Source of the DNA: Firmicutes bacterium UBA5389
GTDB lineage: Bacteria > Bacillota > DTU025
Length of the DNA: 64,000 bases
Assembly: GCA_002409965.1 (NCBI GenBank)
Contig: DHON01000122.1
Coordinates: 19,867 to 83,866, forward strand
Direction of reading: 5' to 3'
Below, piece by piece: positions 18,339 through 26,913 of the stretch. Every line of letters begins with the position of its first letter. Position 1 is the first letter of the stretch. The notes under the pieces are model-generated. The model searched no databases, was not told the DNA's origin, and saw only the letters and a list, made by a program, of their open reading frames with translations. The position numbers and the translations under genes were made by a program.

Positions 18339-18887
18339 GTGATGGAATTGAAGACGCTTGACCGGGTTGTACTGGTTGTTGCAGCGGCATTCGTAGTTGT
18401 GCTGAGCGCCGTGGTGTTGGCATCGGTAGCTGGCCCGGGCTTCCCGAATGGCTTCGCCATGGATTTCTTCGGGGCCGTGTCTGAGCACAAGCTTGTGACC
18501 GCGGCCGTGGGCATTCTGATGGCTCTGGTCGTCTTGTACCTTATTTCAGCCGCGCTCAGGAGCGAGGATGAGCCCACACCGATAGTGGTCAACACGGCGC
18601 TGGGCGATGTGCGCATATCGATGTCGGCGATCGAGGCCATAGTCCGCCGGGCCGCCCGCCAGGTCAGCGGGATCAGGGAAGTGGACGCTCAGGCGACGGG
18701 AGATTCGGAAGGAATCGCGGTGTCCACGAAGATTCAAGTGTACCCGGACGTCAGCATTCCCGAGGTATGCGAACGCCTCGAGAACGAGCTCTCGACGGCA
18801 TTCACTGCGATGGTGGGCCTTCCCGTCAAGTCGGTGCACACCATAGTCCGCGGCGTGGCGCATGAACGCAGCAAGCCCAGGGCGTAG
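18339..18887 (+). CDS. AmaP-like membrane anchor protein (Asp23-related, N-terminal TM helices)
   Basis: Two N-terminal TM helices followed by an Asp23-like domain (VRISMSAIEAIVRRAARQVSGIREV). Conserved position after asp23. The start is uncertain (18339-18348). Confidence 0.6.
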   Translation: MMELKTLDRVVLVVAAAFVVVLSAVVLASVAGPGFPNGFAMDFFGAVSEHKLVTAAVGILMALVVLYLISAALRSEDEPTPIVVNTALGDVRISMSAIEAIVRRAARQVSGIREVDAQATGDSEGIAVSTKIQVYPDVSIPEVCERLENELSTAFTAMVGLPVKSVHTIVRGVAHERSKPRA

Positions 18888-18926
18888 TCGCCCGGCTGTG
18901 GGCGTTGAGCGTGGAGGGGTGGCCGT

Positions 18927-19157
18927 ATGGCGTGGTTCAAGAACAGCAACTGGAGCATTCCCGAGGAGCATTCGGGCGAAGTGATCGGCGCAATCGCCGG
19001 CGGGGTCTTCGGGCTGCTTGTGATCATAGCCGGATTCTGGCGGGCGCTGGCGTTTGCGATCTTTGTGGTTATCGGATTCATGCTCGGCAGATACGTGGAC
19101 GATCACGAGGGGCTCAAGGCCGTGATTGCAAGGCGGTTTCGGAGGCCGCGCTACTAG
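18927..19157 (+). CDS. Small integral membrane protein, DUF2273-like
   Basis: 76 aa, two TM helices (GAIAGGVFGLLVIIAGFWRALAFAIFVVIGFMLG). It is the usual third gene of asp23 operons. Confidence 0.7.
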   Translation: MAWFKNSNWSIPEEHSGEVIGAIAGGVFGLLVIIAGFWRALAFAIFVVIGFMLGRYVDDHEGLKAVIARRFRRPRY

Positions 19158-19187
19158 GCCGCGCGATGGAAGTACGACAGGAGTGGT

Positions 19188-19661
19188 ATGCGGATGCGCG
19201 CTGAGCGGCGGCGAGCCAGAGAGGCCGCCATGAGGGCTCTTTATCAGGTAGACTTGTCCGGTTGCGCTGAAGAGTGGGCGATCCAGTGCGCGCTCGAGCA
19301 ATCGCATGATCTCGATCTCGGCGAACGGGGCAAGTCTTTCGCTCGTCAGCTCGTGCTGGGATCGTGCGAGCGCAAGCAGGATATCGACGGTATCATGGCA
19401 GAAGTCGCACACGACTGGGCCGTTAACCGTATGTCGCCGACGGACAGGAACATCATGCGGATTGCCGTCTATGAGATGCTGTATCTTGAGAGCGTGCCTG
19501 TGGCCAGCTCCATCGATGAGGCAGTGGAGATTGCCAAGCTCTACGGAAGCGCCGACTCTCCGCGGTTCGTCAACGGAATCCTGGGCACGCTGGCCGACAG
19601 GCTCAAGCGCCAGGCCTCCGGCGGCACTGCCGAGGGAGGGGACGGTGACACTGCTCGCTAA
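19188..19661 (+). CDS. nusB: Transcription antitermination factor NusB
   Basis: RRRAREAAMRALYQVD...RNIMRIAVYEML...AVEIAKLYGSADSPRFVNGILG is canonical NusB. Confidence 0.9.
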   Translation: MRMRAERRRAREAAMRALYQVDLSGCAEEWAIQCALEQSHDLDLGERGKSFARQLVLGSCERKQDIDGIMAEVAHDWAVNRMSPTDRNIMRIAVYEMLYLESVPVASSIDEAVEIAKLYGSADSPRFVNGILGTLADRLKRQASGGTAEGGDGDTAR

Positions 19662-20649
19662 CCTGTGCAGCCTGGGGCTGGACACAAGCTGCTACACAAC
19701 GTCAGTGGCCCTGGTTGACAGCGGCGGCCTTGTCTACGACGGCAGGACGCCGCTTGAGGTTTCTTTCGGGGCAGTGGGGCTGCGCCAGTCCGAGGCGGTG
19801 TTTCAACATGTCCGCAACACCCCCGCTCTCATTGAGGCCGCGCTACATACTGCCAGGCAGCGCGGCCTGAAGGTCGCGGCTGTGGGTGCCAGCGCCTGGC
19901 CACGGCGGGTTCGGGGATCATACATGCCGGTCTTTCTGGTGGGCTCGGGTTTTGGCCGGGCCGCATCGGCATCGCTGGCAGCGCCGTATATTGAGGTATC
20001 GCATCAGGAGGGACACATCGCCGCCGCCAGCTGGTCGTCGGATCTGGGCATCGCAAGATGCGGCGGTTTTCTCGCTCTCCACCTGTCGGGAGGCACGACC
20101 GAACTATTGGCGGTGCGCGACAGGTTCAGCGTAGAGCTGCTGGGAGGCACTGACGACTTAAGCGCCGGTCAGTTCATCGACAGAATCGGCGTCAAACTGG
20201 GGATACCTTTCCCTGCAGGCCCGGGGCTGGAGCGGTTGGCGGCGGATGGGCGCTCGGGGGCGGCGAGGTTGCCAGTGGCCGTTGCGCGCGCACGCGAGCC
20301 GGGGCATTTGGCGGTGAGCTTCTCAGGGCCGTGTTCAGCTGCCATGCGGGAACTGGGCGCAGGCACGCGCCAAGCGGACCTGGCTCTGGGCGTTCTGGAA
20401 TGCATAGGGCAGTCGGCGGCGGCGCTGTGCGCGGAGGGGCTAAGGGCCGCCGGCCTTCGTGAGCTGCTGGCCTCGGGCGGAGTGGCTTCGAATTCGATCA
20501 TCCGCCGCATAATGCAGGATGAAGTCGCGCGCATGGTCCCAGGCTCAGTGCTGCACTTCGCGGCGCCCGAGCATTCGCGCGACAATGCAGTGGGAGTGGC
20601 GCTTCTAGCGTGGCAGGCGCACATTGAGAATGGGGGTGCGTCCTGTTGA
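19645..20649 (+). CDS. Kae1/TsaD-like (peptidase M22 / ASKHA fold) protein
   Basis: N-terminal LGLDTSCYTTSVALVD and an HQEGH (HxxxH) motif resemble TsaD. GAGGGAGGGG precedes GTG 19645. The longer ORF from 19306 is out-of-frame read-through of nusB. Confidence 0.6.
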   Translation: MTLLANLCSLGLDTSCYTTSVALVDSGGLVYDGRTPLEVSFGAVGLRQSEAVFQHVRNTPALIEAALHTARQRGLKVAAVGASAWPRRVRGSYMPVFLVGSGFGRAASASLAAPYIEVSHQEGHIAAASWSSDLGIARCGGFLALHLSGGTTELLAVRDRFSVELLGGTDDLSAGQFIDRIGVKLGIPFPAGPGLERLAADGRSGAARLPVAVARAREPGHLAVSFSGPCSAAMRELGAGTRQADLALGVLECIGQSAAALCAEGLRAAGLRELLASGGVASNSIIRRIMQDEVARMVPGSVLHFAAPEHSRDNAVGVALLAWQAHIENGGASC

Positions 20650-21854
20650 ACGGATATTCCAGGATCGCCGGATTTCCCGGAGCGGGCGGTCCGCTCGAGA
20701 TTGAGGTCTACTCAGTCTCTCAGGTCACCGACTTCGTAGCCAGGTTGCTTCAGGCCGACACGCGCCTTGCCGATGTGTGGGTGAGCGGCGAGATATCCAA
20801 CTTCACGCACCACTCGTCTGGGCACATGTACCTGACGCTCAAGGACAATGCTTCGCGCCTTCGCGCCGTGATGTTCCAGGGAGCCAACAGGGGATTGCGT
20901 TTTCGCCCGGAGAGTGGGATGCGTGTGTTCGCCCATGGATACGTGGGCGTGTACAGAAGCGGAGGAGAGTATCAACTTTACGTAGACTTCATGGAACCCG
21001 CGGGGCTCGGGGCGCTGTTCCTCGCCTTTCAACAGCTCAAGGCCAAGTTGGAGGCACAAGGGCTGTTCGATCCGGCGCTGAAGCGGTCGCTGCCCAGATT
21101 TCCGAAGTGTATAGCTGTGGCCACATCGCCGACTGGAGCGGCGATTCGCGACATTATCACTGTGGCCAGGCGGCGGTGGCCTGCTGTGCATATCGTGGTC
21201 ATCCCCGCGCTGGTGCAGGGAGATGGGGCGCCTGCCAGCATTGTGGCTGCCATTGAACGCGCTAACGCCGCGAGCGGCACCGAGGGCATTGTCGACATCG
21301 ACGCGCTCATAGTCGGGCGGGGCGGCGGGTCGGCCGAGGAGCTGTGGGCTTTCAATGATGAGACGGTGGCCAGGGCGATCAGGTCGTCTCGGATTCCGGT
21401 GGTGTCGGCGGTGGGCCATGAAACCGACTTCACCATAGCCGACTTCGCCGCCGACGTCAGGGCGGCAACGCCATCGGCCGCAGCGGAGCTTGTGGTGCCC
21501 GACATGGGAGTGTACCTGCGTCAGCTGGACACGTTGCAGACGAGGCTGGCCAGGTCAGTGCGGCGATTGCTCGATCAGCGAAAACAGCGCATGGACGAGT
21601 TAGGGCGGTGGCTTACTCAGAGGATCCAGGTCAAGCTGCGGACCTCACGTGACAGAGTCCAGCGCCTATCGGGGGTGCTGTCGGCGCTCGACCCTGAGGC
21701 GGTGCTGGGACGCGGATACGCCATATGCCGGGGCCCGGACGGGTCGATCTTGAAAGACTCCCAAGATGTGCAGACGGGGGACGCGGTGCGCGTGAAGCTC
21801 GGCCGCGGGGCCATCGGCTGCGAAGTGCGCGAGCGCGAGGTGGTTGAAGGATGA
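20646..21854 (+). CDS. xseA: Exodeoxyribonuclease VII large subunit
   Basis: 402 aa with an OB-fold N-terminus (VWVSGEISNFTHHSSGHMYLTLKD) and catalytic core (RGGGSAEELWAFNDE). Confidence 0.9.
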   Translation: MNGYSRIAGFPGAGGPLEIEVYSVSQVTDFVARLLQADTRLADVWVSGEISNFTHHSSGHMYLTLKDNASRLRAVMFQGANRGLRFRPESGMRVFAHGYVGVYRSGGEYQLYVDFMEPAGLGALFLAFQQLKAKLEAQGLFDPALKRSLPRFPKCIAVATSPTGAAIRDIITVARRRWPAVHIVVIPALVQGDGAPASIVAAIERANAASGTEGIVDIDALIVGRGGGSAEELWAFNDETVARAIRSSRIPVVSAVGHETDFTIADFAADVRAATPSAAAELVVPDMGVYLRQLDTLQTRLARSVRRLLDQRKQRMDELGRWLTQRIQVKLRTSRDRVQRLSGVLSALDPEAVLGRGYAICRGPDGSILKDSQDVQTGDAVRVKLGRGAIGCEVREREVVEG

Positions 21855-22159
21855 AGGCATCGAATGCGAAGAATGCGAAGAATGCGAAGAATGCAGCGAA
21901 TGAGCCCAACGAGCTGACTTTCGAGGCGGCGCTGGCGCGCCTTGAGCAGATAGTTGCCAGGCTGGACGCGGGCGACTTGCCGCTCGAAGAGGCGCTCAAG
22001 CTATTTGGCGAAGGCAGCGAACTCGGCAAGTTCTGCTTATCCGTTCTCGATGAGGCAGAGGGCAGGCTTGAGATGCTGATCGAGGGAAAAGACGGCAGGC
22101 CGCAGGCGGTGCCGGCCCAGGACATACTGGGCAAGCTAGAAGGGGAGAGCGGCAATTGA
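21851..22159 (+). CDS. xseB: Exodeoxyribonuclease VII small subunit, with an N-terminal (NAK)n low-complexity extension
   Basis: LTFEAALARLEQIVARLDAGDLPLEEALKLFGEGSELGKFC is typical XseB. ATGA overlap with xseA. Confidence 0.85.
   Translation: MKASNAKNAKNAKNAANEPNELTFEAALARLEQIVARLDAGDLPLEEALKLFGEGSELGKFCLSVLDEAEGRLEMLIEGKDGRPQAVPAQDILGKLEGESGN
21862..21894 (+). repeat. 9-bp tandem repeat GAATGCGAA, 3.6 copies, inside the 5' end of xseB
   Basis: Read directly from the sequence. It encodes NAKNAKNAKNA. Confidence 0.85.
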
Positions 22160-23079
22160 GCAACCGTAAGTCCAAGGGCATGTCCTTTCCGTGGCTGGCA
22201 CAGGTGTCACAGATGGTGGACGCGGCGCTTGATTCCGTCATACCCGGGTGCGGCGCCGAACCAGAAACCCTCCTCCGCGCGGCGATGAGGCACGCGGTGT
22301 TCCCAGGCGGCAAGAGGCTCCGTCCGGCCCTGGCTGTGGCGGCCTGCGAGGCCGCGTTGGGCTTGGGACCGCGTCCCGAAAACGACATTCGTCTTGCTGC
22401 TGTAATACGGGCTGGAGCTGCTGTAGAGTTAGTCCACTGCTACTCTTTGGTCCATGATGACCTTCCATGTATGGACGACGACGATTTCAGACGCGGGCGT
22501 CCATCATGCCACAGTGCCTTCGGTGAGGCGGTGGCTCTGCTTGCAGGCGATGCCCTACTTACGCTGGCTTTCGAGTTGCTTATGCGCCCCGAGTTTGTGG
22601 AGGTCGCCGGGGCAGACCGGGCTTGTCGCTGCGCGCTCGAGCTTGCCAGGGCGGCCGGCAGTGCGGGAATGGCGGGTGGACAGGCACTTGAGCTTACGAT
22701 GCCTCGCCAATCGTGGGCAGGGCGGCTGTGCGAGGCTGCGGAGGCTGTACAGAGGATGGAATCGATGAAGACCGGGTGTCTGTTTGAAGCCGCGGCGCGA
22801 ATGGGGGGCATTGTGGGCGGTGCGGACGAGCCTGCGATGGGCGCGCTTTCGCGTTTCGCTTGCCAGTTCGGGCTGGCTTTTCAGATACGGGACGATGTCG
22901 AGGACGCGGTAGCGCAAGACGCAGAGTCGGGAAGGATCACGGCGGTTTCGGTGTGGGGGCTTGAAGGGGCCCGCGAGCAGTTTGGTGCGTCCATGGCCCA
23001 AGCGGCGCAGCTCGCCGATGTTTTTGGTGAGGCGGGATCCAAGCTTCGCGATATGGTTGATCTCATATCATTTGCCTGA
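22156..23079 (+). CDS. ispA: Farnesyl/geranyl diphosphate synthase (polyprenyl synthetase)
   Basis: First Asp-rich motif LVHDDLPCMDDDDFRRGRPSCH and second motif FQIRDDVED. It follows xseB as in Bacillus. Confidence 0.85.
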   Translation: MSNRKSKGMSFPWLAQVSQMVDAALDSVIPGCGAEPETLLRAAMRHAVFPGGKRLRPALAVAACEAALGLGPRPENDIRLAAVIRAGAAVELVHCYSLVHDDLPCMDDDDFRRGRPSCHSAFGEAVALLAGDALLTLAFELLMRPEFVEVAGADRACRCALELARAAGSAGMAGGQALELTMPRQSWAGRLCEAAEAVQRMESMKTGCLFEAAARMGGIVGGADEPAMGALSRFACQFGLAFQIRDDVEDAVAQDAESGRITAVSVWGLEGAREQFGASMAQAAQLADVFGEAGSKLRDMVDLISFA

Positions 23080-23125
23080 AGCGAGTCGGCCTCGGCGTGC
23101 GTGACGGCATGAGTGTGGTGGAGAC

Positions 23126-23575
23126 ATGTTTTCGCTCAGCAGTGGCGTATTTTCAAACAGAATCCTGTGGATCGCGGTGATCGCCTGGGCCATAGCTCAG
23201 ACCCTCAAGACCTTTACCAGCATAAGGAGTGAGGGCCGGATCGACTGGTCGAAGATCATGGGGCCGGGCGGCATGCCCAGTTCCCATTCGGCGTTCGTCA
23301 CGAGCCTGGCAACGGCGATAGGCCTCACCGAGGGGTGGAACTCCGGCATGTTCGCGGTGGCGTTTGTGTTTGCGGCAGTAGTGATGTACGATGCCGCAGG
23401 GGTCAGGCGCGCCGCGGGCAAGCAGGCGCGCGTGCTCAACCAGCTGATGACGATCATGCTGAAAGAAGGCCACGTGCCTGCTACCAAGCTTCGGGAACTG
23501 CTGGGGCATACTCCATTTGAAGTGGTAGTGGGAGCGCTGCTGGGCATCGCCATTGCGCGGCTGATGCTGCGGTAG
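23126..23575 (+). CDS. Divergent PAP2 / DUF212 (YuiD-like) membrane protein
   Basis: GGMPSSHSAFVTSLATAIG...MYDAAGVRRAAGKQARVLNQL...GHTPFEV is the family signature. Confidence 0.75.
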   Translation: MFSLSSGVFSNRILWIAVIAWAIAQTLKTFTSIRSEGRIDWSKIMGPGGMPSSHSAFVTSLATAIGLTEGWNSGMFAVAFVFAAVVMYDAAGVRRAAGKQARVLNQLMTIMLKEGHVPATKLRELLGHTPFEVVVGALLGIAIARLMLR

Positions 23576-23608
23576 TCCATATGACCGATTGTCCGATTGT
23601 CTGGCGAT

Positions 23609-23638
23609 TTGAATGGCGCTCGCAAGTTATGGTATAAT
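23609..23638 (+). promoter_or_regulatory. Near-consensus sigma-A promoter driving the large ncRNA
   Basis: TTGAAT (23609-23614), an 18-nt spacer, then the extended -10 element TGgTATAAT (23630-23638). Confidence 0.6.
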
Positions 23639-23644
23639 CAAGGT

Positions 23645-24255
23645 CGCAGTGGATAGGTGGCGCAGTATCCTAGTCGGAGCGGGCACTCCTGAAGGCGGGG
23701 GTAAAAGACCGCTAAGGGCACATCGATGAAGTCCGTTGTGCTGGCTTTCAACGCCCAGTTGGGGGCTGGTGCAGGGGGTTAAGGTTGTGGGGCGATCCGC
23801 AATGGCATGTGGGCGTAGACCCCGCTTCCGCGGAGGCCCAAGTGCGTGGTTGGTTCTACGGCTTGGGGGTAACCTGCATGCGGTACCGGCCTGCGAAAAG
23901 CGCAGAATGGTGTTGGGTGCAGCGTAGCCTGCCTTGAGTGGACGTGTGGGATGCGGGTATCAAGTCATGTTCTCCCCGGCCAGGGAGACTGACCTTCTGC
24001 CGTCTGAAAGCACGCCTGCAAAAGAGGCTAAGGAATAGCCCGCGCTGCCGAGGAAAACTCCTAGGCTGTTTGCGATGCTTGGCGCCCCGGGGATTACAGT
24101 GTGCACTAAGTGGCAATCCAGTTGCTCCTGCGGCGACGGGGAGAGCCTGTCGTAAAGGGAAACCGCCCCCCGGCGACGGGAGGGTGTACAGGCGGGAAAA
24201 CCTACTGGACCTTAAGTCACAATATTTACTCGGGGCGCTGCCACCTATCGACATG
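23645..24255 (+). ncRNA. ole: OLE (ornate, large, extremophilic) RNA candidate, ~600 nt
   Basis: There is a 757-nt gap with no credible ORF and its own promoter. GATAGGTGGC (23652-23661) is perfectly complementary to GCCACCTATC (24240-24249), closing ~600 nt. Many internal hairpins are present. The context ispA-[RNA]-small membrane protein-dxs-tlyA-nadK-argR-recN matches the known OLE locus. The ends are approximate. Confidence 0.7.
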
Positions 24256-24332
24256 CATTCATCTCCAGCTCGTCACCGCTCGCGCAGGAGTGTGGGTTGA
24301 GATGAGAGACAGGCAAAACTGATGAGGTGAAC

Positions 24333-24968
24333 ATGACCTTGCCACAAGGACTGGGACGGATCCTTGCCGTCGGGCTGTGGACTTTCGTCCTGTCGGCCGC
24401 GTTAAGCTTCAGCTCAGGGGCTCTGGCGGGCACCATGAACATCGGGTTTTCGATCTCCGTTCTTACTGCAATAATAGCTACAGGGATCCTGTTTGATATC
24501 GTCGGCACCGCTGCCGCTGCGGCCAGCGAGGCGCCGATAAACGCCATGGCCGCCAACCGCGTGTACGGGGCGCCCGAGGCCTTGGGAATTGTGCGAAACG
24601 CGCCGGCGGTGGCCAACTTCTGCAACGATCTTGTGGGCGACATATGCGGCACGGTAAGCGGCGCCGTTGGAGCCACGATCGCCATCAATATCGCCCTGGC
24701 TCCGGCAACGCTGCCTGCGAAGGTAGCGTCTGCGGCAATGATAGGTCTGATCTCAGCCGCCACTGTGGCCGGCAAGGCTGCGGGCAAGAGGTTTGCCATT
24801 GAATCGGCCAATAGCGTGGTGCTGGCGGTGGGGCGAGTGATCGCCGCGTTTCACCGGCTGGTCCCCAGGGGCAGCTGGGCTTGGCATTCGCGGCGAGGCA
24901 ACTCCGGGCGGTCGCGCAATAGGAACGGCAGGAGCGGCGGGAACGGCAGGAATGGCGAGGACGTGTGA
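24333..24968 (+). CDS. oapA: OLE-associated membrane protein OapA candidate, with an Arg/Gly/Asn-rich C-terminal tail
   Basis: About 211 aa and about four TM helices. It lies immediately downstream of the OLE-like RNA and upstream of dxs, the position of oapA. The tail reads SRRGNSGRSRNRNGRSGGNGRNGEDV. Confidence 0.6.
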   Translation: MTLPQGLGRILAVGLWTFVLSAALSFSSGALAGTMNIGFSISVLTAIIATGILFDIVGTAAAAASEAPINAMAANRVYGAPEALGIVRNAPAVANFCNDLVGDICGTVSGAVGATIAINIALAPATLPAKVASAAMIGLISAATVAGKAAGKRFAIESANSVVLAVGRVIAAFHRLVPRGSWAWHSRRGNSGRSRNRNGRSGGNGRNGEDV

Positions 24969-24969
24969 A

Positions 24970-26913
24970 ATGCGAAGGGACGATGTGCTCCCGATGACAA
25001 CCATTCTGCAGCAGATCCAGTGTCCTGCCGATCTTCGAAAGCTGTCGGGCGGGCAGATCGGGCGGCTTGCGGCAGAGATACGACAGTGCATAATCGAAAC
25101 AGTCTCCCGCACCGGCGGCCATCTGGCACCTAATCTCGGCGTCGTAGAACTCACGATAGCGATCCACCTGGCCCTAGATTGCCCTCGCGACAAGGTCATA
25201 TGGGATGTGGGCCACCAGTCTTATGTGCACAAACTCCTTACCGGGAGATGCGGGGCCTTCGCTTCTCTGCGCCAGCAGGGGGGCATCTGCGGTTTTCCGA
25301 GGCCCGAGGAGAGCCCGTACGACTGCTTCGCTACCGGGCACTCCAGCACTTCCATATCCGTAGCTCTCGGCATGGCGCGAGCCCGCGACCTCGCCGGGGA
25401 CGACTACACTGTGATGGCCGTAATCGGAGACGGTTCCTTGGCGAGCGGCATGGCTTTCGAGGCTGTGAACGATGCCGGGCATGCCAATACCTCCCTAATC
25501 GTCATCCTGAACGACAACGAGATGTCGATTTCACGCAGCGTGGGAGGGCTTGCCAGCTACCTGGGTTCGGCCAGAGCCAATCCCAGGCGAAGGCAGCTGA
25601 GGTCTGCCATGCAGCGGGCGGTGCTGCGCATACCCATCGTCGGGCGCGCGCTCCGCGCCGTTGGCCACTCCGTCAAGCGGAGCGTCAAATCCCTTCTCCT
25701 GCGAGGCATGCTCTTCGAGGAACTGGGGTTCATGTACATCGGCCCCATCGATGGCCACAATGTGCGCGCAGTTCGACGCGCCATTGACGATGCGCGTCAG
25801 GCCGGGGGGCCTGTGTTGATTCACGTCATAACCAGGAAAGGCCTGGGGTACCCTCCGGCTGAGGCCAACCCGGCCAGGTTCCATGGGACGGGCCCGTTCG
25901 ACGTGCGCACAGGCGAGGCGGCGCCCGATGTGCGAAAGTCTTTTACTGCGCATTTCAGCGATTTCATGGTGCGCGCCGGAGAGTCCGACGAGGCAGTGGT
26001 GGCGATCACTGCCGCAATGACTAACGGCACCGGGCTGCGCGCATTCTCAGAACGCTTCCCTGACCGCTTCTTCGATGTGGGCATAGCGGAACAGCATGCG
26101 GTGACCATGGCAGCGGGTCTGGCTGCCGGCGGCTGCCGCCCTGTGGTGGCTGTCTACTCCACGTTCCTCCAGCGCGCATACGACCAGGCAGTCCATGACG
26201 TTGGCATCGGACGCCTTCCGGTGGTGTTCGCCATCGACCGGGCCGGAATCGTGGGCGAGGACGGCTATACGCATCAGGGCGCGTTCGATGTGTCTTTCAT
26301 GCGCCATATCCCTGGGATGACTGTGATGGCTCCCAAAGACGAGGCCGAGCTTTACGCCATGATGCAGGCCGCTCTTGGGCATCCGGGGCCGTGCGCCGTG
26401 AGATATCCCAGGTCGCCCGGGACGGGCGTGGATGTGCGGTACCCGGCTCAGCCCGTGGAGATGGGCCGAGCCGAAGTGGTTCGCGATGGTCGGCATTGCG
26501 CGATCTTCGCTCTGGGTCCGATGGTGTGGCCTTCTCTCGAAGCCAGCAGGATTCTGTCGGCGCGTGGCGTAAGTTGTGCAGTAGTGAACGTCAGGTTCGT
26601 GAAGCCGCTTGATACGGGCATACTGGCGAAATACGCGTCCTCTACGGGCATGATCATCACGTGCGAGGATGCGGCGCTTTCCGGCGGTCTGGGCTCGGCG
26701 GTGCTTGAGGCGCTGGCGCAGGAGGGCATGAGCGGCGTTCGCGCCGTCAGGCTGGGTATTCCTGATAGGTTCATAGAACACGGGCGCCGGGATGCCGTAC
26801 TTGCGCAGCTGGGATTGGATGCCCGGGGCATAGCGGCCGTGGCGATGCAGGCTCTTTCGGAGCTACCTGACGCCAGCCCGTCGGGCGGTGGTGCGCGTGT
26901 CTCCACAGTGTAG
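24970..26913 (+). CDS. dxs: 1-deoxy-D-xylulose-5-phosphate synthase
   Basis: ILQQIQCPADLRKL N-terminus, TPP-binding GDGSLASGMAFEAVNDAG, transketolase-like domains. The start is 24970 or 24994. Confidence 0.9.
   Translation: MRRDDVLPMTTILQQIQCPADLRKLSGGQIGRLAAEIRQCIIETVSRTGGHLAPNLGVVELTIAIHLALDCPRDKVIWDVGHQSYVHKLLTGRCGAFASLRQQGGICGFPRPEESPYDCFATGHSSTSISVALGMARARDLAGDDYTVMAVIGDGSLASGMAFEAVNDAGHANTSLIVILNDNEMSISRSVGGLASYLGSARANPRRRQLRSAMQRAVLRIPIVGRALRAVGHSVKRSVKSLLLRGMLFEELGFMYIGPIDGHNVRAVRRAIDDARQAGGPVLIHVITRKGLGYPPAEANPARFHGTGPFDVRTGEAAPDVRKSFTAHFSDFMVRAGESDEAVVAITAAMTNGTGLRAFSERFPDRFFDVGIAEQHAVTMAAGLAAGGCRPVVAVYSTFLQRAYDQAVHDVGIGRLPVVFAIDRAGIVGEDGYTHQGAFDVSFMRHIPGMTVMAPKDEAELYAMMQAALGHPGPCAVRYPRSPGTGVDVRYPAQPVEMGRAEVVRDGRHCAIFALGPMVWPSLEASRILSARGVSCAVVNVRFVKPLDTGILAKYASSTGMIITCEDAALSGGLGSAVLEALAQEGMSGVRAVRLGIPDRFIEHGRRDAVLAQLGLDARGIAAVAMQALSELPDASPSGGGARVSTV

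Noticed and set aside
23645-24255. Alternative identities for the large RNA: RNase P RNA, tmRNA, or a group II intron fragment.
   Set aside because: I found no GAGGAAAGTCC-type RNase P core, no tag-peptide reading frame or tRNA-like ends, and no intron-encoded ORF or domain V-like motif. Size and synteny fit OLE instead.
23736-24322. Short ORFs (63-132 aa, both strands) inside the ispA-dxs gap.
   Set aside because: They use mixed frames, are Arg/Cys/Gly-rich and have no RBS. The region is better explained as a structured RNA (OLE-type).
24952-24969. dxs start at 24952 overlapping the oapA 3' end.
   Set aside because: Dxs homologues begin close to the LLxxIxxPxDLKxL motif. ATG 24970 or 24994 fits better, so the overlap is probably not real.
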